Shown here: positions 12,265 to 24,545 of the stretch, in pieces
How the letters are laid out: each line of letters begins with the position of its first letter
Numbering within the stretch: position 1 is the stretch's first letter
From: Leucoraja erinacea
Taxonomy: Eukaryota
DNA length: 64,000 bases
NCBI RefSeq assembly: GCF_028641065.1
Contig: NC_073386.1
Location: forward strand, 26,040,001-26,104,000
Direction: 5' to 3'
The notes under the pieces: model-generated
What the model saw: only the letters and a program-made list of their open reading frames with translations
The model's database searches: none
What the model was told of the DNA's origin: nothing
Position numbers and translations under genes: made by a program

Positions 12265-13158
12265 GTGAGACATTTCAAACACTCAATTCAGTGGTATTTG
12301 AAATAACTTGTTATCATAAATATAAACTTTGCACTTTCATGAATTCCCTAGCTACAGTTACAAGCAATGTGACCAATAAAATACATTTGAGAGGTAGGTC
12401 AAATTCAATATTTTCCTCTCTAGATCAGAGAACTTTAAATCTAAAGCAAACGTTGGATTGGAAAATTTGACTTTGAAACAGCTCACGGGGATGTAAATGG
12501 TTGCCATATGTAATGTACACATGTTACACAAAATAATGCTGATAAGCTGGTCAATTTGATTAATCTAGTTTGATCACCCATTTACCTAGAATGCGTGGAG
12601 CTAAGCAACATACTTAGGTAATTCTTTAAGCCCTCTTACACCGCGTGATGTCAGCGTCAAAGCTGCCCCGTGACCTCAACATCGAACAGTAAATTTACAC
12701 GTGCAGTCGCACTTCCGTTTCCAACTTGCTTAACAACTGATTTACACAAGGGTCCATGGGACGTAATACCAGTTGGAGCACTTTTTTGTTCCAGAATTTG
12801 GAGAATTGTTTGGGATTTGCCAGAATCCAAACTCATGATTGACGCACTAACATCCACAACATGCACAAATATCCTTGTGCAAAATTAAGAAGTGCTGGAA
12901 ATACTCAGTAAATCCGACAACATTTTGTGGAGTGAGAAACAATTAACATTCCAGGGCAATGAACTTATCAGAATTGGAGAAGTGAGAAAACAAATGTATT
13001 TTAAATTATGGAAAAGTGGGGGTGGGGTAAAGCAATCAAATTAAATATCTATGTTTGGGTGAAGACCGAAGGCAGCCCAGGTGACAAATGTTTTGGAGCC
13101 ATCTAATTAATAGTTGAAACCTGCTAAGAAGGAGACATGACAATTGTTGTGCTTCTGC

Positions 13159-13343
13159 TGTTGGAATAACTTAAGTCACACACAGTGATTGAGATCCAAA
13201 GACTTTATTAACGTTACAACATAGGTAACTTCATCTTAGTACGTAACTCCAAAAGTGGGGGAGAAAGGTCAGAGAAGCTTTCTGTTAAACTAATGGGCGT
13301 GGCTACAACGTATGACTCATAACATGAGTGACATTGATCTACA
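13159..13343 (-). mobile_element. Possible short solo LTR
   Basis: Minus strand starts TGTAG, ends CAACA and has an internal AATAAA; no matching TSD found. Confidence 0.3.
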
Positions 13344-13929
13344 GAAATGGAAGCATGTTTCAGTCAAAACCAAGAAACCAACAAAAAGAAAGAAAATAGA
13401 AACCATTGAGGTTGATGGAAATTCTATTGGAGAGTGTGGCAGAAGTTCAGGAAAATAAGTGACAGTGAATTGATTAAATGTCAAATAATTAAAATCATAT
13501 CAATTGAAATGTGTAGCTGAATTTAGGTTATAAAGGTCATAAGCGATAGGAGCAGAATTAGGCCATTCTGCCAATTAACTGCCATTCAATCATGGCTGAT
13601 CTATCTCTCCCTCTTAACCCCATTCTCCTGCCTTCTCCACACAACCCCTGATGCCTGTACAAATCAATTTGTTGGTTCTTCCTTGCTGATAATTTTATAA
13701 TTCAGGAACTGGCAACGTTTTCAATGCGATTTGTGTATTTTCTGGGTTTTTTAATCATGCCTAGTTAAACTTTCTTCTTCAGGACAATAAAGTACTTGTC
13801 AGTAGTCATAAAACACTTAACATTCTCAAATATAACTTGATCCCCTCATCAAGTAAAATATGTACCCAATGATTTTACTTGATGAGATTTCAGTTTTTAA
13901 GAATGCATTTGTGCAAATATTATTTCCAG

Positions 13930-14022
13930 GCCAACAATAGCGTTATTGAAGACACCCTCAATAGAGCGTTTATCACGAAAACGGAACAGATTGAAATTGA
14001 ACAACCCAGTCTTACAGAAAAG
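13930..14022 (+). CDS. EPS15: EPS15 coding exon (divergent linker): ANNSVIEDTL...SLTEK
   Basis: Strong tttccag acceptor and gtgagt donor, 93 nt open frame, phase 0/0; position fits the linker before the DPF region, but sequence conservation is low. Confidence 0.75.
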
Positions 14023-14738
14023 GTGAGTTTAGTTACGTGCATTTTCTTGTATGGAGAAGTTGTACTGTTTAAAATTGTTTGTTAGCCTTTGGGGTTGGAA
14101 TATCACTGGTGGAATTTTATCTCGCTCTCTCCAGGCTCAATTGGGCCATTAAAAGGAAGTTGTGTTTTTAGTCAGCAGTATCAGTTCAGCTCTTAATTTA
14201 CCCCTCCCTTGCCCTTTTTCCCACACATTTATTTAAAATAGATTTGATGCTGTGAAGTACTTTAAGAAGCAGCTTTGCTAAACTTAACACAACATTGAAA
14301 GTTAGTGGTTTAATTTGATAGGGATTTTGCATTCAAATTCAAGCCAGGATTTTATTATCATTGCCTTGCACTGATTGTTCAGTTTAATAATAACAATTGT
14401 CATGAAATGTCATGTTAGTGTTATGTAGCTGAAGTTGTGTTAGGGATATGGCTATTCTATAAATTTTACATTTTCTTAGCTTTATATGGCGCGTTTTAGT
14501 TCTGAAATAATATTCAAGAATTTTTGTTAATAATACCTTTAAAAAATAGTTTGAATGGCACCATTTTCTTGGAGAGCAATTGACATTTGATATTTGACTT
14601 TTTGACATGGGTTGACATTTTGTTAAAACTCAGTGGAAATAGATGTCTTTGTATCGAAAGCATACATCTTGAAGAATATGTTTTGATTTTAATGAGCGTG
14701 TTTATTTACACATTAATCCATATTTTCAACTTTTGCAG

Positions 14739-14829
14739 GAAGATCCTTTTGATATGAAAGCTAGTGAATACACCAACAGTATTTCAGACCCAAACCTAGA
14801 CTTCTTTCAAACAGATCCTTTCACTGGCA
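14739..14829 (+). CDS. EPS15: EPS15 coding exon: EDPFDMK...NLDFFQTDPFTG
   Basis: ttgcag/gtaagt, 91 nt, phase 0/1; matches EDPF...NLDFFQSDPF. Confidence 0.95.
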
Positions 14830-15268
14830 GTAAGTTCAATTTTTAATCTTCTTTTGAATATGTAAATCTTCTACAGATTGACTATTGTTTTGAACGAAAC
14901 TACTTTTTGTGGATTTTCATGTGCATTATTGTATACAGATAATACAGAAAGGCAATAATAGCCCATTCAAATCCCCAATCTGAAATAAAATCTGAGTGTT
15001 GTCAAGATATATAAAAAAAGTATTTTATTTGCTAATCAACCCAATTAATTACCTGTGCCGAGGAAACTTAAAATGTCATGTTGTTACGTTGCTGAGTAAT
15101 CAACCAAGCATCCAAGTACTGCTAATGCTTTCACGGTGTATACCTCAATTAGCATCTATGGCAAGAGTGCTATAGCCTTGCTCCTTCCCAAAGATACCAG
15201 TGACCAAGGATGAGCAACTTTTTGCAGCTGATTATATGTCAAAAGCAATAAAGAAGTTGGGCCTAATA

Positions 15269-15689
15269 NNNNNNNNNNNNNNNNNNNNNNNNNNNNNNNN
15301 NNNNNNNNNNNNNNNNNNNNNNNNNNNNNNNNNNNNNNNNNNNNNNNNNNNNNNNNNNNNNNNNNNNNNNNNNNNNNNNNNNNNNNNNNNNNNNNNNNNN
15401 NNNNNNNNNNNNNNNNNNNNNNNNNNNNNNNNNNNNNNNNNNNNNNNNNNNNNNNNNNNNNNNNNNNNNNNNNNNNNNNNNNNNNNNNNNNNNNNNNNNN
15501 NNNNNNNNNNNNNNNNNNNNNNNNNNNNNNNNNNNNNNNNNNNNNNNNNNNNNNNNNNNNNNNNNNNNNNNNNNNNNNNNNNNNNNNNNNNNNNNNNNNN
15601 NNNNNNNNNNNNNNNNNNNNNNNNNNNNNNNNNNNNNNNNNNNNNNNNNNNNNNNNNNNNNNNNNNNNNNNNNNNNNNNNNNNNNNNNN
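15269..15689. other. Assembly gap (421 N)
   Basis: Run of N. Confidence 1.
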
Positions 15690-15969
15690 CTCTTCCCCTC
15701 TCCTCTGCTTGCCATTCCCTCCTTTCAAACTTCCACTCCCGCCTCCCCCAATGACTACATTCTTATGCAATACTTTGCTTTCTCCTTTTTGCACCTTCCT
15801 TTACCTTGCTTCTTTCTTCCCACATCAAACAGTGAGGCTTTCTCTTTCTCTGTTAAAATAAAGAGAAAATTAAAGATCACTCAAGCAAAGACATATTTGC
15901 TTTCATAATTGCTGATAATCTCTTATTGAAGAAGTGATTGTTAAAAATGTTATTCAATTATTTTTCAAG

Positions 15970-16014
15970 GTGATCCCTTTAAGGATGATCCATTTGGAAA
16001 GGTTGACATTGCAG
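15970..16014 (+). CDS. EPS15: EPS15 short coding exon: (S)DPFKDDPFGKVDIA
   Basis: tttcaag/gtaaga, 45 nt, phase 1/1; DPFKDDPFGK is identical to EPS15. Confidence 0.95.
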
Positions 16015-16068
16015 GTAAGAAAGGAACTTGTATGGCACTGCAATCGGAAACTGATTTGTCAAATTTGG

Positions 16069-16645
16069 AATGGAATACTTTATTGTCACATGTGACTAGG
16101 CACAGTGAAATTCTTTGCTTGCATACCAATGTATACAAATAGCGGCCACCTACGCCGTTGGCAAAGTTAAAAAGCACACCGGCTCCTCCTTTTGTTCTCC
16201 CCGCCCGCACATCGATTCCCCCACGCCAGGTTCCCATTGTCCTTTGTTTCTCCCCCCTCCCTTCCAACCCCCTAATGTCCATTGTTCACCCCCCACCTCC
16301 CTCGCGGCAGTCCCCTCACGCCGTGTCCTCCATTGTTCTTTTTCACCCCCCCCCCCCCCCCCCCCGGCGGTCTCCTCACGCTCTCCTCAACCGTCGACCC
16401 GCGAGGCATCGCCACCGTTGCGAGGCTTCGCCACGGTCGAGGCCCCATCATCACGAGGCTTCAACGCCGCAGAGGTCTCACCGCTACCGACTCCTCACTT
16501 CACGTGTCCGTCTCTTATGTCTGTTGGTGCCATCGTCGGCCACCGTACCGACCTCTCCACAACGGTCCCGAGGCCTCTGTGGAGCCATGGACTTCGTTGG
16601 TCGCTTTGCCGACCCGGACTCCGACCCCCATGGGGAGGTGTGCGG
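16069..16645 (-). mobile_element. GC-rich non-autonomous retroelement-like insertion
   Basis: Minus-strand 3' tail TGACAATAAAGT(ATTCC)n and a CpG-rich body with poly-C inside an AT-rich intron. Confidence 0.45.
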
Positions 16646-18204
16646 ATTAATGTTTTTACACAGAGATTGGTGTGCGTTCGGACAGAAAAGTGACATAACG
16701 ATTAGCAATGCAACTTTACAGCTTCCAAGTTTGTTCATGATCTCAGGTGCTTTTTGTGTGTCATTTGTACTTTCCTCCTGTGACTGCAAGAATTCCCATT
16801 GGTTGCTCTGGATTTCTCCCACATCCCAAAGGTGTTGCCGGTAGACAGTTCTAAATTACCCCTCAGTATAGTACAGCAAACAAGGGGGTTGATGGCCATA
16901 TCAGAGATAGTCAGGGTGAAGGCTACAGAAAAATAAGAGAAGAGATGTGGAACTTATGATCTGCAGTATCATAAAATAGGATGATTCAAAACTGATTCCT
17001 GCTTTCAACTTTAAATATAGGAACACTTTTCAAAAGGTAGCCAAGCTATTGTTGTGTCATGCATGGTGCAACAGGCATTTTGGTGAAAGGTGGTGTTAGC
17101 TGATGCTAATATTTTGCGTAACTATCACATTGAGCTGTTTATCTATTCTTACATTAAGATCAGTTCATACATGTAACATTTGAATTTTCTTTGCTTACAA
17201 ACAAGTTTGACATTCCAGTAGTGAACATTTACATTTTATGTTTCTACAACCCCAGCCCAACAAATATTTTTAAAGGAGTAAATGCTCCTGAGGCATTTTA
17301 CAGGAGAATTCTGATTCCAAACCACAACAAGGTACCAGGATAGATAAACCAAAAACCTAGTCAAAGGGTAGGTTTTAAGGAGCACCTTAACACACGAAAT
17401 GGATTTCATAGATCTTGGGGCCCTTGCAACTCAAGGCACCAGAACAAGAGATGGAACAATTACAATTAGAGATGCAATTGATGTCAGAATTTGTGCTGCA
17501 CAGATGTAACAAAGCTTGTAAGATTGGAGAATGTTAGAGATTGGGAGAGGCGAGACCATGGGGAAATTAGGTGAAATTAGGGGGTAAAAATGACAATTTT
17601 AAAACTGAGTTGCTACTGAGGAAGGTTTGTAGATCAGCAGGTGCTCAGTGGTGGGTAAACAGGATGAACATCAGTCTGCAAAGGCCAACCAGGAGAGCAA
17701 TGTATGGAAATAATGCAAATGCTGCCCAGTATCAGAAACCATTCTCCAATCATGGGAGATGCAGGTTAAATATGTGTCCTATGTATTACTCATCAGGAAG
17801 GACCTGGTAAATGCTCAACACCTCCATGGAATGGTTTGGGCACTAGCTGCATACAGAAACATTACTGTATATCAAACTACATGTTACATATCATGGACAA
17901 GTAGAAATTTGTACGGTACCATTATAAGTAACAAACATTTTATCTGCTTCAACTTTCTTACTGCTTGCTGCAAAGCTCGCTATCAGCAATTAGCATATAA
18001 GGACTCGAGCCTTCCTGCACTTTCCCCTTTCCCAAAATATCACCATTCAAATAATCACTTTATTTTTTTTAATTTTGATCCAAAGTAGGCAACCTCACAT
18101 TTATCCACATTTATCTGGCATGAATTTGCCCACTCGCTAATCCTTTCAAAATCACTTTGCTATCTCTTTCCATACGCTTTACAGCTCACATTCGCTCTCA
18201 GCTT

Positions 18205-18682
18205 TGTTTAGAGATAATGAATGGAAACAAAACCTTCAGCCCACCATGTCCATCAATCGCACATTCAAACTAGTTCAAAGTTTCAAGTCAGTTTATTGTC
18301 ATATGTACCAATTAGGGTACAGTGAAATTTGAGTTGCCATACAGCCATACTAAGTGCAAAGCAATAAGACACACAACCACATAAAAGTTAACAGAAACAT
18401 TCATCACAGTTGATTCCACATTCCTCACTGTGATGGAAGGCAATAAAGTTCAATCTTCTTCCTCTTTCACATGTACACCCTATGCACAATGGGCAAGTCA
18501 CAGAGGCCAATTAAACCACAAACCCACTGTCATTTGGGATATGGGAGGAAACCGGGGTATCTAGAGAAAATTTACGTGGTCACGGAGAACATACAAACTC
18601 CATACTAAAGGTACCCAAGATCAGGTTTGAACCCAGGTTTCGTGTTGTGAGACAGCAGTTCTACCGGCTGCACTGCTGTGCT
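18205..18682 (-). mobile_element. V-SINE (HE1-like) with a nested LINE-tail fragment (~18275-18470)
   Basis: Reverse complement of the V-SINE head and V-domain (GGGAGGAAACCGG...TTTGAACCCAGG). Confidence 0.55.
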
Positions 18683-18712
18683 ACTCACTTTATGTTGTAC
18701 ACAATCTTAGAG

Positions 18713-19225
18713 ACATAGAAACATAGAAAAATAGGTGCAGGAGAAGGCCATTCGGCCCTTCGAACCAGCACTGCCATTCAATATGATCATGGCTGATCAC
18801 CCAGAATCAGTACCCTGTTCCTGCTTCTCCCCATATCCCTTCATTCTGTTAGCCCTCAGAGCTATATCTAACTCTCTCTTGAATACATCCAGTGAATTGG
18901 CCTCCACTGCTCTGGTTGAAAATCCTCATCTCAGTCCTAAATGGTCTACCCTTATTCTTAAACTGTGACCCCTGGTTCTGGACTCCCCCGACATTTGGAA
19001 CATTTTTCCAGCATCTTGCCTGTCCAGTCCCTTAAGAATTTTATATATTTCTATAAGATCCCATCTCATCCTTCCAAATTCCAGTGAATATAAGCCCAGT
19101 CAATCCATTCTTTCATCATATGTCAGTCCCACCATCCCGGGAATTAACCTGGTGAACCTACACTGCACTCCCTCAACAGCAAGAATGTCCTTCCTCAAAT
19201 TAGGAGACCAAAATTGCACACAAAT
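18713..19225 (-). mobile_element. CR1 LINE 3' fragment
   Basis: (ACATAGAA)n tail on the + strand and CR1 ORF2 C-terminal sequence. Confidence 0.8.
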
Positions 19226-19309
19226 TATGCAATTAATTCCCTCAGCCATATCGTCAATCAATATTGTGAATAGCTGGGGCTAGGTCCTAAAGCTACCAAT
19301 CACCAGAAC

Positions 19310-19570
19310 GGGCAACGTGGTGGCGCAGCGGTAGAGTTGCTGCTTTACAGCGCTTGCAGCGCCGGGGACCCAGGTTCGATCCCGACTATGGGTGCTGTCT
19401 GTACGGAGTTTGTACGTTCTCCCCTGACCTGCATGGGTTTCCTCTGAGATCTTCGGTTTCCTCCCACATTCCAAAGAACAGGTTTGTAGGTTAATTGGCT
19501 TGGTAAATGTAAAAATTGTCGCTAGAGTTTGTAGGAGAGTGTTAATGGGTGGCGCAGGCGATGGGCTGTT
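19310..19570 (+). mobile_element. V-SINE (HE1-like)
   Basis: A box TGGCGCAGCGG, B box GGTTCGATCCC and V-domain TGTACGTTCTCCCC...GGTTTCCTCCCACATTCCAAAGA. Confidence 0.85.
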
Positions 19571-19776
19571 TTTGTTTGGTGGATTTGTTTTGATTATATA
19601 CAGTTTGTTTTGATTATATACAGACTATATATTTGCAGGAATTGTGTCCTACAAATCTGGGCCTCGCAAGTATTTCTAGATAACAAAGACTTAACTGATA
19701 TTTACTGAAGGCATCGACTCAGTAGTAATTTTTTTAATTCTACGATAATTGTTATATGTTTTTTGTTGTGAAGCAG

Positions 19777-19922
19777 ATCCTTTTGGAGGTGATCCTTTTA
19801 AAGGCACAGATCCTTTTGCAGATGCCTCGGATAACTTCTTTCAACAGTCTGCAAGTGACCCATTTACAGCCACAGAAACTGATCCTTTCAATGCTACGTC
19901 AACCAACACTAATGTAGAATCT
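19777..19922 (+). CDS. EPS15: EPS15 coding exon with five DPF motifs
   Basis: aagcag acceptor, gtgagt donor, 146 nt, phase 1/0; DPFGGDPFKGTDPF. Confidence 0.95.
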
Positions 19923-20877
19923 GTGAGTATGGGATAAAATTATATATTCATTAGTCCTTGTCACTTATCAAAATACAAAGAATGCAAGCTAAAAATAATT
20001 GTTCTGAAAATACCCATAGAATGCCACATCTCAGAATATCGTGGCATAATTTCTTGGGAAATGCTCTTTGGAAATGTTATTTGGGGATTGTCAGTCCATG
20101 CAGTTTTGATAAGAAAATTGAAATTTGTGCTACTTGTATTAACCGTCTGAAGAAGGGTCCCAAGTCAAAACATCGCCTAATCACATCAGAGATATGCTGC
20201 CTGACCTGCTAAGTTACTCCACCACTTTGTGTCTTTTTTGGTATGAACTTTGAATTTGTGATATGAACCTAAACTAAAGAATTGTTAAAACCTTTTGGAT
20301 GCCTCCTTTTGCATGACAAGATTGTTAATGGTGCTGTCTGTTTTCTTTGAAACTTTTGTTTTCCATCATCAGTATACAAATTTATTAGATATAAATTATC
20401 AGTTTAAATTATTGAAGAACCCAAGGAGAACCTCAATGTCTTTGAAATTTCTAAATTTTTGTTAGTTTCCTAATATTTCAAGAAATTCTCGTTCAAGTTT
20501 GCATTTATTGTCACTTAACCAAATAAATTTACAGATAACCAAAGATAATTTGAGTTATCCATCAGATGCTTTAAATGATACTAAGAATTTCCAGGAAATT
20601 TGCTCCCACCTGTCTATTTTGGGACACATCCATGTTTTGATGTCATAATTTTCTGAAAAGTTCACCTGAAAAGTTATGCCTGACCGCAAACTATTTTTGT
20701 GAATCAAATTCTAATGTCCTTATTCACTGTGCCCCAGTTAAATTATTATTTATTTCATTTGGTAAAATGCACATTTATATAAGATATAATCTTGTTTTTC
20801 AATTGGTATGTTTTCTAAATTTGCAGTGTGTGTATAAAACAAAATGTAATATTACATTTGTATGTATGTGATTTTAG

Positions 20878-20947
20878 ACAGAAGCCATAAATGGCAATGA
20901 TCCATTTGCTCCAGGTGGTGGGACAGTCTCCTCCGCTGATGATGCAG
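20878..20947 (+). CDS. EPS15: EPS15 coding exon: TEAINGNDPFAPGGGTVSSADDA
   Basis: ttttag/gtgaga, 70 nt, phase 0/1; NDPFAPGG conserved. Confidence 0.93.
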
Positions 20948-21089
20948 GTGAGAAATCTATCTTTATAGCATAGCAGAGTTTAACAGTTGTGAATACACAT
21001 AAATATCCATGTATTTGTAAGCACTGTTAGATCAGTGTCCCATTGTTTATGGGAATTGTCTATTTGACGTTAAAGTCATCTTCATCATT

Positions 21090-21385
21090 TGCAGATATGA
21101 GCAGAGAAATGGCAAATGGAGTTTAATCTGGGCCAGTGTAAGATGTTGCAGCTTGGGAGGTCAAATGTAAGGGGAAAATATACAGTTATTAGCAAGACCC
21201 TTTAGCAACTTTGATGTACAGAGGGATCTTGGGGCCTGTCCATAGCTCTCTGAAAGTATCAACACAAGTAGATATAGAGTGGTCAAGACGTACTCTTGCC
21301 TTCATCGATCAGGGCATTGAAGAAATTATGAGAATCGATAGAGTATAGTCAGAACCATATTCCCTGGGTGGATATGTCATACATC
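21090..21385 (+). mobile_element. Degraded CR1 fragment
   Basis: WQMEFNL..C and QRDLG remnants. Confidence 0.5.
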
Positions 21386-23208
21386 AGACGCCATAGCCCT
21401 AGACTGTTCAATGTTCTTTGTTCATCACACAGCCATGAGTGTTTTCTTGAATATTATATTTACTATTAGCCACTTGTAAATAATTAACAATTCAGATGTA
21501 AATTGCTTCTTTGACAAGAAATTTTAATTAGAATATATATTTGATAAGCAGGCTGAACAATCGTATGCACATGATGTATGATTGTGTACTATAACCGTTG
21601 TACATATGTTAATGAAATATACAAAGCAATGTATTAAACTGCTTTTTAATTACTGTACGTATTGTTTGTTCTATAATCCCTTGAGTACTGCTGATGTCAT
21701 GTGCTGTAACAGCATGTGATGTGAGAGACAAAGGCTGGTATTGAGCAGTATGAACACAACAGGACAAATAATGACATAAAACTGATGATGGTTAATTCCA
21801 AGATCTACTGTTGGGGGAAGACTTTATGGTGATCATCTTGACCATTCAATCTTCATTCTAGCACAAGAAAATGAACAATAATATTTGGCTCCAAAAGACG
21901 CATGCCCAATGCCATGTGATTGTTATTATGGAGCCGTACAACACAGAAACAGATCCTTCAGGCCAACTCATCCTTATGACCAAGATCCCCCATCTCAGTT
22001 TGATCCACATGCCTTCATTTGGCCTATATCCCTTTGAACATCTATTTGTGTAGATGTCCAAATCGGTGCAAAAATAAAATAACATATTTTATTTTGTCCT
22101 CGTATCAGGTGTTGGCTAGGCCCGTTAGAAAACTGTGGTCTCTCCATATTGAAATTTTGGAAAGTGCAAATAGAATAATGCACATGTATTTGTCAAATTA
22201 AAACACTCATGATGGGGATTTCTGTGAGCCTATGCTTTGAGAAAGCAAGCACTCAGCAAATTGTTTGAGTTTTGTAAAGTAAAAGGAAAACACTAGTTTC
22301 TGAATATGTGGAACAATTATCTTAACTGGATGGGTTAGGGTGGACTGGGGACATACCTCAAGTTTACACAAGAGCAGAGCGAGTGGACAGAAGATAGTGG
22401 ACTTTAATACAAGTTGTGGGGCTCAAAAGATTTGCCAAAGGCTTTGAATTGAAAGAGGTTGAATAGTGCGAAGTTTAGAGAGGGGTTCCACACTTTAAGT
22501 CTGCACTGCACAGTAAAAGTCAAGAGAGTCAAGAGTCAATTTAATTGTCATTTGGACCCCTTGAGGTCCAAACGAAATGCCGTTTCTGCAGCCATACATT
22601 ACAAACAAATAGACCCCAGACACAACATAATTTACATTTTACATAAAATCTGAATTAAAAAAAAAAAGAAAATTGCAATTTCATCACTTTTTTTAGCCTC
22701 TGAACATGTGAAAACATTTTGTGACCAGTTAAATTCTTTGCATATAACCATTATTGTAATGATGGAGACATAGCAATTAACTTTCACTCAACAATGTCTC
22801 ATGCACAGCAATGATGAAAGGATGTTTTTGTTCTATTGATGTGTATAAATATACAATGACCTCATAATATCTTGTTTGGGTATATTTTGTGCACATTTAA
22901 AAATATAATAGTGCCATAAAGAATGCTCATGTAAGTATAGAACATCTGATTTCCTGAGAATTAAATACAACATTGCTTCAATGCCATTCATCTTTTCAAT
23001 CAGTGAACACCAATCCAATTTCTTTCCCTCCCCCCCCATGTCTGAATCTCCAAAACCATTTGGAGAAATAAATCCTCTGTGTTCTAGACCATATGTAGTT
23101 CACTGCAGCCGATATGACTGACATTAAATAAATGAACCAGGCATGAAAAAAAAGTGTATATGAAATATTTAGATTTTTAACACTGATATTGTTATATTTC
23201 TGTTTCAG

Positions 23209-23285
23209 TTACTGATCCCTTTGTCTCAGCATTTGGAAATGATTCATTTGGAAGTGGGTTTGCAAATTTTAATACATTGTCACAG
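23209..23285 (+). CDS. EPS15: EPS15 coding exon: (V)TDPFVSAFGNDSFGSGFANFNTLSQ
   Basis: tttcag/gtaatt, 77 nt, phase 1/0; matches TDPFASVFGNESFGGGFADFSTLSK. Confidence 0.95.
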
Positions 23286-23423
23286 GTAATTATGCATGCA
23301 TGTTGAATTGGAACATGTTGGTACTTATTAATCCTTTGTTTTAAGATTCAGAAAATGAGATAGATGGCACAGTAGCACAGCAGTAGAGTTGCCACCTTAC
23401 AGCACCAGTGATCCCAGGTGCTA

Positions 23424-24545
23424 CTGACTACTGACCAACATCCACTATAAACCAACTGACTCCCATGGCTATCTGCACTACACTTCTTCACACCCTGCTT
23501 CCTGTAAGGACTCCATCCCCTACTCCCAATTCCTCCATCGACACCGCATCTGCACCCAGGATGAGGTGTCCCACAATAGGGCATCGGAGATGTCCTCATT
23601 CTTCAGGGAACGGGGTTTCCCCTCTTCTACTACAGATGAGGCTCTCACCAGGGTCTCTTTTATACCCCGTGACTCTGAACTCACTCCCTATCCCCCCCAC
23701 TCGCAACAATGGCCGAGTCCTCCTTGTCCTCACCTTCCACCCTACCAGCCGTCACATACAACAAATAATCCTCCGACATTTTCACCACCTCCAACGTGAT
23801 CCCACCACTTGCCACATCTTCCCATCTCCTCCCCTGTCTGCTTTCCGCAGAGACCGCTCCTTCCGGAACTCCCTGTTTAATTTGTCCCTTCCCACCTGAA
23901 CCACCCCCTCTCTGGGCACTTTCCTTTGCAACCGCAAGAAATGCTACACTTGTCGCTTTACCTCCCCCCCTTGACTCCATTCAAGGCCCCAAGCAGTCTT
24001 TCTAGGTGCGGCAGAGGTTCACCTGCACCTCCTCCAACCTCTTCTATTGCATCCGCTGCTCTAGATGTCAGCTGCTTTACATCGGAGCGACAAGTAGGCT
24101 TGGCGATCACTTCGCCGAACATCTCCGCTTGGTTCGCAACCTGATCTCCCAGTGGCTCAGCACTTCAACTCCCCCTCCCATTCCAAATCCGATCTTTCTA
24201 TCCTGGGCCTCCTCCACGGCCAGAGTGAGGACCACCGTATATTGGAGGAGCAGCACCTCATATTTCACTTGGGCAGTTTGCACCCCAGCGGTATGAACAT
24301 TGACTTCTCTAATTTCAGGTAGTCCCCTACTTTCTCTTCCCCTTCTCAGCTCTCCCTCAGCCCACTGGCTCCACCTCTTCCTTTCTTCTTCCCGCCCTTC
24401 CCACCCTCACGTCAGTCTGAAGAAGGGTCTCGACCCGAAACGTTGCCAATTTCCTTCGCTCCAGAGATGCTGCCACACCCGCTGAGTTTCTCCAGCATTT
24501 TTGTCTACCTTCAATTTTCCAGCATCTGCAGTTCCTTCTTAAACA
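23424..24545 (+). mobile_element. 5'-truncated Penelope-like element (RT C-terminus, GIY-YIG endonuclease, terminal repeat) inserted into a V-SINE
   Basis: YKPTDSHGYLHYTSSHP..CKDSIPYSQFL and FTCTSSNLFYCIRCSRCQLLYIG. CAGGTGCTA is duplicated at 23415-23423 and 24546-24554. SINE head at ~23366, SINE remainder at 24546-24760. Confidence 0.9.
24417..24444 (+). ncRNA. Minimal hammerhead-ribozyme-like motif in the Penelope terminal repeat
   Basis: CTGAAGA-A-GGG(TCTCGA)CCC-GAAAC-GTT: both core boxes flank a stem II. Stem I pairing is weak. Confidence 0.55.

Noticed and set aside
12626-12870. Possible small TIR element
   Set aside because: Only a short TGACGC-type inverted match; no convincing paired termini or TSD.
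15269-15689. Missing EPS15 exon hidden in the gap
   Set aside because: The flanking exons join in phase to give TDPFTG-S-DPFKDDPF, which is continuous in known EPS15.
15156-15794. ORFs of 150-212 aa
   Set aside because: They span the N gap.
19310-19390. tRNA gene (also 34210-34285)
   Set aside because: A and B boxes continue into SINE body domains; these are SINE heads, not tRNA genes.
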